From contig JBAYGV010000001.1 of the NCBI GenBank assembly GCA_041666445.1, forward strand, positions 1 through 31,228: a DNA stretch of 31,228 nucleotides, given 5' to 3'. Position 1 is the stretch's first letter, and the number at the start of each line of letters is the position of its first letter. Positions 15,598-23,605 of the stretch are shown here, in pieces. Origin of the DNA: Candidatus Micrarchaeia archaeon (GTDB lineage Archaea; Micrarchaeota; Micrarchaeia; Anstonellales; Bilamarchaeaceae). The translations under genes were made by a program, and so were the position numbers. Under the pieces are notes generated by a model that saw only the letters and a program-made list of their open reading frames with translations, did no database searches and was not told the origin of the DNA.

Positions 15598-17325
15598 ATG
15601 GCTGGAAAAAAACCTAAAACTGAAAAGAATTCCGTTGGCACCGGCAAGGAAAGCGATGAAGAATTCATGAAGCGAATCATGGGGATGCGGGAAAGCGCAA
15701 CAAAAAAAGTTTCGGAAGAAATAGAATCGTATTCAAAAACGGCAGAAGTTGAAGAAGTGAAAGAGACTGGGAAGCGGGCAGCAAAACAATTGGAAGAAAT
15801 CGAGAAATGCGAAGAGATTGTTGAGGAATTTAAGGCCGATCCGCCAATTGCAATTTCAAAGACGATTAACGGGATATCTACTTCCTATGAATATGACCCG
15901 AAATACAAAACAAAAATAGAATTCCTGAAAAAGCATTATTTTGGATTTTTGTCCGCAACAAAAAGGATATCCATTACTGCGCCAACTTTCAAGGCAATCG
16001 GCAGGGCGTACGTAAGGCGTGGCGGCCAACGGATACTTCTTCCGGAAAGTTCAATCCCGCCCGTAGACAGCATGGGAATGGGAAGCCGGCTCCTAAACCC
16101 TAATGATACAGTTTTTGTATTGGAAAACGGAGACGCAATAGAAACTGAAAACGGATCCTATGTTACCATTAATGATTCCCGTGCAACTATTACTGAATCG
16201 GGTTCAACGAAGGACAAGTATAACTGCGAGATATTTGTCTATCCTAATTCGGAAGTAAAATTGGACTTGATAAAAAAGGAATCGCATCCCGAACCTGCGT
16301 TCATGGTCCCTTCGCAAGTGCCAAATGCAATAAAACGAAATTCTTCGAATACGGTTATAGACTACAATTTTGCTGCGGTTTCATTGGTTAGGGGAATTTT
16401 TCATGTTGGAATCCTAGATGAAAATAAAGAGGTAAACCATTTTTTAAAAATGCCGTCAGGATACCCGGAAATAGAGTTTTTGCATTCTTCGCGGATGGTA
16501 GAAAACATACAGGACAAAATAATGGCAAAAATGCCGGCAAATGTGCTTGCCATGTATAAGAACAGGCTGCCGCCCAAGTCCAAAAAAGTTTGTGATGAAA
16601 TTTCTGCGTTCATTGAACTTTGCCAGAATAATTCCATAGTCATTTTCGGGACTGCAAATTCGGTCAGGAATAGGGGCAGCGGAAAGGTTGCAAGCCCCAA
16701 TGTGCCTAAAGCTGTGCCCGGAGATTACATAATAACTGGAAAAATTACCGTAGTGAATGACAGAATTTACTCCGATGCTTCCGGCTCGATAGACCCGCGA
16801 GCAAGGGCGATAATGAAAAATAAATTAGCCATAGGGCGATACAGTGCGTTGCTGGCTCAAAAAAAGGAATACGAACAAAAGCTCAAGGAAATAAAAGAAA
16901 AGAAATCCAAGCCAGCAGCTCCAGAATCCCCGGCATCGAAGAAAGAAAAGGAAGAACGTAAAGCTGAACTTTTGAAACAGCATGAATATTACAAACAGGT
17001 TGAAGACAAGGACATGGCTGCAGCCGTCCAAATGCAGCTTGATGAGATAGAACCGCCGAAAGAAACCGAAGCGGCAAGGAGAGAAAAGGAAAAAATGAAA
17101 ATTGAACTTTTAAAGAACCAACAACAGGCTAAACAAGCCGGGAATACGGTGATGATTGATACTATTCAAATGCAGCTCGACACATTGGACCAGAAAGAGG
17201 GTGCAACAGAGGAGTACATGGAAAAAATGCTTGCTTGGTGCGATAAAGAGATTGCCAAATTAAAGCCGGACTTAAATTCGAATTTTCCTGGGTATAGCTC
17301 AGTAAGTGCAGAGAATTTGATTTAA
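15598..17325 (+). CDS. Hypothetical protein: charged N-terminus, FecR-like domain and duplicated C-terminal helical hairpin
   Basis: LENGDAIETENGSYVTI...VYPNSEVKL...VSLVRGIFHV. Tandem repeat KEKEERKAELLK...VQMQLDEIE / REKEKMKIELLK...IQMQLDTLD. Confidence 0.6.
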   Translation: MAGKKPKTEKNSVGTGKESDEEFMKRIMGMRESATKKVSEEIESYSKTAEVEEVKETGKRAAKQLEEIEKCEEIVEEFKADPPIAISKTINGISTSYEYDPKYKTKIEFLKKHYFGFLSATKRISITAPTFKAIGRAYVRRGGQRILLPESSIPPVDSMGMGSRLLNPNDTVFVLENGDAIETENGSYVTINDSRATITESGSTKDKYNCEIFVYPNSEVKLDLIKKESHPEPAFMVPSQVPNAIKRNSSNTVIDYNFAAVSLVRGIFHVGILDENKEVNHFLKMPSGYPEIEFLHSSRMVENIQDKIMAKMPANVLAMYKNRLPPKSKKVCDEISAFIELCQNNSIVIFGTANSVRNRGSGKVASPNVPKAVPGDYIITGKITVVNDRIYSDASGSIDPRARAIMKNKLAIGRYSALLAQKKEYEQKLKEIKEKKSKPAAPESPASKKEKEERKAELLKQHEYYKQVEDKDMAAAVQMQLDEIEPPKETEAARREKEKMKIELLKNQQQAKQAGNTVMIDTIQMQLDTLDQKEGATEEYMEKMLAWCDKEIAKLKPDLNSNFPGYSSVSAENLI

Positions 17326-17350
17326 TTTTCAATAATAATTACCTGAAACA

Positions 17351-18148
17351 TTAATTTTGTATTCCTGCATTGCTGATGTTTGCAGTGCCGTAATACCAAT
17401 CATCAGGATTCAACCAGTTTGCATCCTGAGTTTTTGCAAAATACACTTCTATTATTCCTTCCTGCTCCAATTTCTGCAGTTCAGGATATTCATAAACGTA
17501 AAAAATCCTGTTTTGCCTAGCGCCTTGGACAAAGCACCAGACTTTGACTGATTTTCCTGTTCCCTGTTTTATGAGCCTGGCCATGTCTGCGTAGCGCTGG
17601 GAATATTCGCCCCAAATCGCGTCTGCCTGGCTGAAAGAAATGTTATAGGGGTCAGCGTATTTGACTCCATATATGGTTACGCTTCCATTCACATTGGAAG
17701 AGCGCGCATACCAGACTTCCCGTGCATTCATCATCACATATTCTGGGTATTGCAATGAAGATTGCACGCCTTCATCCCATATCGCCCTTTGTGTTTCGTT
17801 AGGCGGATAGGAATAGCCGTTTATATCGTCGAGCAATCGCACCAGGCTGCCATGGTTCCCTTTCCCTGACCAAAAGCCCATGCTAACCTGCGTTCCACTT
17901 TGGTTCAGGAGAGGCTCGGAAGCAAAAGCTTCAACGAAAAGCCGCATGGTAAAGTTTTCGGATGAAAGTTCTGCAAGCTTTGCATTTGGATCTGAAAAAA
18001 TAATTGAAGTAGAATCCAGATTGCAAGTTGGCGATGAGCCATGGATGCCCGAAAACAGGTAGATGCCGGCAGCTAGCAAAAAGACTGCCAAACAGATTAG
18101 CGCAAGCCCAGTGTATATTTTTTCCAACCGTTTTTCCTTGTTTTTCAT
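17351..18148 (-). CDS. Type II membrane-anchored extracellular protein with ADP-ribosyl cyclase/NAD glycohydrolase-like motifs
   Basis: Start MKNKEK (18148); single N-terminal TM; six N-x-S/T sequons; GFWSG...IWGEYSQRYADMA...VKVWCFVQGARQNRIFYVYEYPEL. The ORF itself is well supported; the fold call is inference. Confidence 0.55.
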   Translation of the reverse strand: MKNKEKRLEKIYTGLALICLAVFLLAAGIYLFSGIHGSSPTCNLDSTSIIFSDPNAKLAELSSENFTMRLFVEAFASEPLLNQSGTQVSMGFWSGKGNHGSLVRLLDDINGYSYPPNETQRAIWDEGVQSSLQYPEYVMMNAREVWYARSSNVNGSVTIYGVKYADPYNISFSQADAIWGEYSQRYADMARLIKQGTGKSVKVWCFVQGARQNRIFYVYEYPELQKLEQEGIIEVYFAKTQDANWLNPDDWYYGTANISNAGIQN

Positions 18149-18222
18149 TTTATCCTGCCCGCATAACAGTAATGACATACTGGGAAAACGCTTTTAATGC
18201 CGAAAGCCAAGCACAGCAATGT

Positions 18223-18259
18223 TTAAGTATGTTGCCGCCGAGCGTTTAACGGGATATAT
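18223..18259 (+). promoter_or_regulatory. Promoter motif copy 2: TTAAGTAT-N7-CCGAGCGTT-TAACGGGAT
   Basis: Matches 14006-14042 at 25 of 37 ungapped positions, with identical spacing to the ATG. Confidence 0.65.
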
Positions 18260-18798
18260 ATGGCAAAAAAAGTTTCCCTTGATGGATTTAGTAAACTAAG
18301 CGGCTGGTTCCTGGCATTAGGTATCCTGTTTGTGATTTTTGGATTTACCCTTATGCTCTCGCCAGTCATGGGAACAATAACGGTTGACCTATTGTTCGGA
18401 GTATTGCTGCTTGTGCTTGGTGTCTCTGAAATAGTATTTGCTTCATGGCGCGCAAGTGGACCGGATTCCTGTTCGTATTATTGAGCGGCATCCTGTCATT
18501 GATAATCGCAGCAGTGCTTATCTTCAACCCGCTAAAGGGTGCGATTGCGCTTACCCTGTTGCTGGGCGCATTCCTCTTCGTGCAGGGCTTGATAAAGTGC
18601 GCACGCTCGATGAAGCTGAAGCCAAATTACCATTGGGAATGGCTGCTTTTCGACGGATTGCTTTCCATATTATTGGGCATATTGATTATGGGGGCATGGC
18701 CAAGCGACTCAGTCTGGGTGCTCGGGCTGCTGTTCGGAATTGACTTGCTATTCGGCGGGCTTTCAATGATAATGATCTCGCAGATGGTAAAGAAGTAG
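18260..18798 (+). pseudogene. hdeD: HdeD/DUF308 acid-resistance membrane protein, split by an apparent single-base deletion near 18442
   Basis: ORF 18260-18484 (WFLALGILFVIFG...P...LLFGVLLLVLGVSEI) and ORF 18445-18798 (LSGILSLIIAAVLIFNP...GAFLFVQG...WLLFDGLLSILLG...WPSDSVWVLGLLFGIDLLFGG) are the two halves of one HdeD. Adding one T (GCT TTC ATG) fuses them. Confidence 0.85.
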
Positions 18799-18802
18799 AG
18801 TC

Positions 18803-18860
18803 TTCCTTTTCTTTTTAATTTTTTTATTTATTTTTCTTGATTTTTCCTTTATTTTCTATA
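18803..18860 (+). terminator. Oligo-T tract (archaeal-type terminator) after hdeD
   Basis: Several T4-T7 runs directly after the TAG at 18798. Confidence 0.45.
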
Positions 18861-18913
18861 AGCCACGGCACAAATAGGAATAGTTTTAAGCATAATCTAT
18901 ACTTAATTATAAC

Positions 18914-19666
18914 ATGACTCTCCGGGTTTACTGGTCTCCAACACCAGCAAACAGAAAAATAGTTGAAAAGCTTTCTAAAATGCCCCCGCTCAGCAGATGC
19001 GGATTTGAACGGCTTAGCGATGACGAAGGAACCAGAATGGGCGAACTGGAACGGGTAAAAGGAAAGGCAGTATTCCTATGGGGCAGTGGAATGGACCATG
19101 GTGAAAGCTACCATTTTACAAAAGGCACGGGAATACTAGTCAAAGGAAATTACGATGCCCATGAAGATGATAGATGGCCATCGCATCCCTGTGATTCCCA
19201 TATGGCAAGAACTAGGATGGATGGGGTAAAAATAATTGTCATTAAGAAAAGAGGCTCTGCAACTGCAAGAGAGCAATTCCTGACAGAGGTTGAAACGGAA
19301 TGCAAGCCGCTGGGGGAAAATCAAATGGCAGCCACGTTTGATATTGACGGCTTGCCAAGAACTCCGGTGGATGGGTGCCTGGTTTCATATGATGGTTATC
19401 ATCTTTGGAAATGGACAGATTCAATAAAGAGCTTAGGAAACAGGATATATAGATTGGATGCGGGCGGAGTAGTAAGGAATATTCCGGATTTTGATTTTGT
19501 GCATACAGGCGAATTGCCAGAATATGGAGAGGTTGTGAAGTTTGCCTATCTTTATAGAGGAAAAGCACATGATCCGCTTCCGCAACAAACAATCAACCAA
19601 ATTGCTTCCTATGCAACTAACATATATGCGGAACTTATTGGAACATTTGAGAGATTTTGCCAGTAA
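18914..19666 (+). CDS. Divergent ureohydrolase (arginase/agmatinase) superfamily protein
   Basis: Metal-ligand motifs in the expected order: WGSGMDH (GGDH-like), NYDAHED (DAHxD) and ATFDID (DxD). Confidence 0.6.
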   Translation: MTLRVYWSPTPANRKIVEKLSKMPPLSRCGFERLSDDEGTRMGELERVKGKAVFLWGSGMDHGESYHFTKGTGILVKGNYDAHEDDRWPSHPCDSHMARTRMDGVKIIVIKKRGSATAREQFLTEVETECKPLGENQMAATFDIDGLPRTPVDGCLVSYDGYHLWKWTDSIKSLGNRIYRLDAGGVVRNIPDFDFVHTGELPEYGEVVKFAYLYRGKAHDPLPQQTINQIASYATNIYAELIGTFERFCQ

Positions 19667-19713
19667 TCTTCCGGCTTAGAAAACTTATTATATATCACCT
19701 GAAAAGCTGAATC

Positions 19714-22134
19714 ATGGTTGCCAACAAGAATGCTGCTGATTTTAAGGGAATTTCAATCCAGGAGACCATGAAGGAGCTGGAAACAAGCGAGAAAGGACTG
19801 AATGAAACCGAAGTGCAAAACCGAATCAAGGAATTTGGATTCAACGAAATAATACCAAAGGAAAAGAGCAAGCTGGAGGATTTCCTATCTAGGTTTTGGG
19901 GGCCTATTCCATGGCTTCTTGAAATTGCAGCTTTGCTCTCATGCATGGTCGGGGAAGTATTTGACGGCCTGCTTATTTTCATCCTATTGCTTATGAATAC
20001 CGTAATCGGGTTTGTTGAAGAGCAAAAATCCCACAAGGCACTCGAACTTTTGAAAAAGAAGATGAAGATAAAGGCGCAGGTTTTGCGGGACGGGAAATGG
20101 GTTACTAAAGAGTCGCGGGATTTGGTTCCGGGAGACGTTATTCTTGTAGGGCTAGGCGACCTTGTCCCTGCGGACGTAAAAATAATCAGCGGGAATGTTT
20201 CCGCAGATCAATCTGCATTGAGCGGGGAATCGCTTCCAGTAAACCTGAAAGAAGGCGACCTGACCTATAACGGCGCAATAATAAAACGCGGGGAAGCAAG
20301 GTGCGTTGTAGTAGGAACTGGGAAAAACACTTATTTTGGAAAAACAGTTGAGCTAGTAAACATTGCAAAGCCGAAATCCAGGCAGCAGGCAGTAATGCTC
20401 GACATCTGCAAATACATGATATACCTTGGCGCGATAGTCTACATAATAGTCTTATGGCACGGCATAAACATACACGCGGGAATGCTGACTCTAATGACGT
20501 TTGCAGTCCTTTTCATAGGCGGCGGAGTGCCAGCAGCCCTGCCAGTCATGTTTACCGTATCCCAGGCGACTGGCGCGGGAGAGCTGGCTGAAAAAGGGAT
20601 ACTGGTCACCAGGCTGGACTCGATAGAAAACGCAGCTTCCGTAGAGGTATTGTGCTTAGACAAGACAGGAACGATAACCAAAAATGAACTGGAAGTGAGT
20701 GAAATAATTCCATTTGGAAAATTCAGGAATGAAGATGTTGCGCTTTATGCAGGACTAGCTTCTTCAGAAGGAAGCAAGGATGCGATAGATGCGACTGTGC
20801 TCGGGCACGCAAAGAATGTAATTGGCGACAGGCTAAAGCAATACAAGCAAGTTTCATTCGTTCCGTTCGAGCCTGCAACAAAAAGGACAGAAGCAATTAT
20901 TGAACTGAAGGGAAAGAAAATCAAAGTAATGAAAGGGGCGCCGCAGGTCCTTATTGCTCTTTGCAAAAAAACAGACAAGAAAACGATTGCACAGGCAAAC
21001 AAGCAGATAGATGGCCTTTCGCTTAAAGGGTGCAGGGCGCTTGCAGTTGCAAAATCAATCGATGCGAAAATGAATGAATTTGAACTTGTTGGGATTCTGG
21101 CACTGGCAGACCCGATAAGGCCGGATACTTCAGCAATGATAAACGACATGAGAAACGCGGGTATCCGTCCGATGATGATAACTGGGGACAATATCGCAGT
21201 TGCAAAGGAAATTGCAAAACAAGCAAATATAGGAAACGCAATTGCAAGGATAAGCGAGCTCAAGGCAATGGGCGAAGAAAGGATGAAGGAAGCGATAGAA
21301 AAATTGAATGGCATTGCGGAAATTTACCCTGAAGACAAATTTTCTATAGTGAAATTATGGCAGTCCCGAGGAATGATGGTTGGGATGACAGGCGATGGAG
21401 TAAATGATGCTCCGGCATTGAAGCAAGCGGAAATGGGAGTTGCAGTCAGCAATTCTACCGATGTCGCAAAAGCGGCCGCAAGCATTGTGCTTACCGAACC
21501 CGGGACAAGGCTGATAATAGATGCAGTGAAAACAAGCAGGCAGATTTACCAGAGGATGCTAACTTGGGCAATAAACAAAATAACTAAATCAATCCAGTTC
21601 TTAGGTATAACGACCATAGGGTTCTTCTGGTTTGAAAGCATAGTAATTTCGATAACCGGCCTGATGCTCATAGTGTTCGTGAATGATTTCCTTACGCTTG
21701 CGCTTGCAAAGGATAACGCAACATCGACTTCCAACCCTAACAAGTGGAATGTGAAGAACCTTTCCATCGCATCCGGCTTCCTTGGCGTGCTATTCGTGCT
21801 TGAAGGAGTTGTGCTCATGTGGATTGGAAGGGATTATTTCCACCTTACGCTGGAGGGAATCCAAACCTTAATTCTTTTGCTATTCGCATATACGACGATG
21901 TTCAGGATACTAATAGTACGGGAAAGGGGCCACTGCTGGGATTCAATGCCAAGCAAGACAGTGATTTTGACCACTGTAATTACGGTGGTTTTCTTCACAT
22001 GGATTTCTATAGATGGGGTGTTATTGAAAGGGCTGCCAGCGAACATGGTGCTGTTTGCGCTTGGATTCTGCGCTGTTGCAACGTTCCTGATAGACATTCC
22101 GAAATATTATGTTTTCAGGAGATTGGGGCTGTAG
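19714..22134 (+). CDS. Plasma-membrane-type proton-efflux P-type ATPase (P3A)
   Basis: DQSALSGESLPV, GVPAALP, CLDKTGTIT, KGAPQ, DPIRPD, TGDN, GMTGDGVNDAPALK, and TM6 FVNDFLTLALAKDN carrying the protonatable Asp of P3A pumps. Confidence 0.92.
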   Translation: MVANKNAADFKGISIQETMKELETSEKGLNETEVQNRIKEFGFNEIIPKEKSKLEDFLSRFWGPIPWLLEIAALLSCMVGEVFDGLLIFILLLMNTVIGFVEEQKSHKALELLKKKMKIKAQVLRDGKWVTKESRDLVPGDVILVGLGDLVPADVKIISGNVSADQSALSGESLPVNLKEGDLTYNGAIIKRGEARCVVVGTGKNTYFGKTVELVNIAKPKSRQQAVMLDICKYMIYLGAIVYIIVLWHGINIHAGMLTLMTFAVLFIGGGVPAALPVMFTVSQATGAGELAEKGILVTRLDSIENAASVEVLCLDKTGTITKNELEVSEIIPFGKFRNEDVALYAGLASSEGSKDAIDATVLGHAKNVIGDRLKQYKQVSFVPFEPATKRTEAIIELKGKKIKVMKGAPQVLIALCKKTDKKTIAQANKQIDGLSLKGCRALAVAKSIDAKMNEFELVGILALADPIRPDTSAMINDMRNAGIRPMMITGDNIAVAKEIAKQANIGNAIARISELKAMGEERMKEAIEKLNGIAEIYPEDKFSIVKLWQSRGMMVGMTGDGVNDAPALKQAEMGVAVSNSTDVAKAAASIVLTEPGTRLIIDAVKTSRQIYQRMLTWAINKITKSIQFLGITTIGFFWFESIVISITGLMLIVFVNDFLTLALAKDNATSTSNPNKWNVKNLSIASGFLGVLFVLEGVVLMWIGRDYFHLTLEGIQTLILLLFAYTTMFRILIVRERGHCWDSMPSKTVILTTVITVVFFTWISIDGVLLKGLPANMVLFALGFCAVATFLIDIPKYYVFRRLGL

Positions 22135-22150
22135 AAACTGAAGGTGCGCA

Positions 22151-23554
22151 TCAGCGATTTGCTGGAACCCAGTTCTTCCTGAATTTATATATCGCCAGCG
22201 GCAGCCCTCCAATCAGCAAAATTGAAACGAAGAGAACGGCTTCATAGGCAAAAACCATTTCCTTCGGGAGCCCGGCTGGCGGGAAAAATCCCACAATGAA
22301 GCCTGCAAGGGTTGAAACAAACCCGACCCCGGCCACAAGCCAAACACCTAGCTTGCCACCGGGAATTGAAAACGCCCGCTTGGCATTTGGCTGGGAGTAG
22401 CGCAGTTTTATCGCTGCTGCAAAAAGAAGCAAATACATGATGAGGTAAAGGTGGGTATAAAGGTCGGTAAGGAACCAGTAGAAGAGCTCGGTTGACCTGA
22501 AGACAAGGAATAGGAGGGCAACCAACGTAACTGCAATTCCCTGGACAAAAAGGATATTTGACTGCACCCCATTCTCATTCTGGTAGCTGAAAAACTTCGG
22601 AAGATTCCCGTTTTTTGCTGCAATCAACAGCCCCTTGCTCGGGCCGGAAATCCATGAAACAACCTGCCCGACAAGCCCAAGGCAAATCATTGATGCGATT
22701 ACTGGAACAAGCCCAGTCCTGCTAAACGCAGAGAGAAACCCTTTTGCGGCCTCCATCAATCCAGTCATCAGGTTAAGCTGGGAAGAAGGGACAAGAATTG
22801 CAATTGAAAGCGTGCCAAGCGAAAAGAATACAAATGCCAAAATCGCGGAGATAAATATTGCTTTCGGATAATCCTTTGCCGGATTCCTAAGGTTCATTGC
22901 ACGCACGGCATGTACTTCCATGCCTGAATAGGAAGAAAAGACACCGATTGCAAATGCAATGCTGCCAATGCCAGTAAACGTTGGGATTATGGCGGACAGG
23001 TCCAAACTGGCATAGGACGGCTGGCCAAGCCTAAGCCAGTCAAGGGCAAAGAAGATGACTAAGAATGCTGGGAGCATTACCCCGACAACAGTGAGGACGG
23101 ATGTCAAATTCTTGGCAAGTTCAAAGCCCCGCAGGTTCACAACTGTCGCAATCCAATAGACCGAAATTATTACGGTCGGAATAAACCACGGGCTGCTGGT
23201 AATAGACGGGCTTACGAATATGAATGAAAAGGTTGCTGCAAAAAATGAAAGCGCAATGGGATACCATAGTATGTTTGGCGCCCATTGGAGCCACACAGTA
23301 AGGAAGCCGAATTTTTCCCCGAACGCTTCCTTTGCCCACCCATATACCCCGCCGCTTTTAGGCCAGCCGGTGGCAAGCTCTGCGCAAACCAAAGAGATAG
23401 GGATAAGAAAACAAACGGCTGCGATGGCGTAGAAGAATATGGATGAAATCCCGTAGCTTGCAAGCAGCGGGAGCCCCCTAAGACCAACGACTACTGAAAA
23501 ATTGAGCAGGACAAGCGAAAGAACGCCCAGTTCCTTGATTTTTTTTGGGACCAT
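22151..23554 (-). CDS. APC-superfamily amino acid permease (GadC-like), paralogue of 5265-6731
   Basis: GLRGLP, AELATGWPKSGGVYGWAKEAFG, GMEVHAV, WISGPSKGL, KLRYSQP...FSIPGGKLG. Confidence 0.9.
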   Translation of the reverse strand: MVPKKIKELGVLSLVLLNFSVVVGLRGLPLLASYGISSIFFYAIAAVCFLIPISLVCAELATGWPKSGGVYGWAKEAFGEKFGFLTVWLQWAPNILWYPIALSFFAATFSFIFVSPSITSSPWFIPTVIISVYWIATVVNLRGFELAKNLTSVLTVVGVMLPAFLVIFFALDWLRLGQPSYASLDLSAIIPTFTGIGSIAFAIGVFSSYSGMEVHAVRAMNLRNPAKDYPKAIFISAILAFVFFSLGTLSIAILVPSSQLNLMTGLMEAAKGFLSAFSRTGLVPVIASMICLGLVGQVVSWISGPSKGLLIAAKNGNLPKFFSYQNENGVQSNILFVQGIAVTLVALLFLVFRSTELFYWFLTDLYTHLYLIMYLLLFAAAIKLRYSQPNAKRAFSIPGGKLGVWLVAGVGFVSTLAGFIVGFFPPAGLPKEMVFAYEAVLFVSILLIGGLPLAIYKFRKNWVPANR

Positions 23555-23605
23555 AGTTTTCTTTCCAGAAGTTAAGCTTATATGTTTAATCGGTCCAGTA
23601 GGAAT

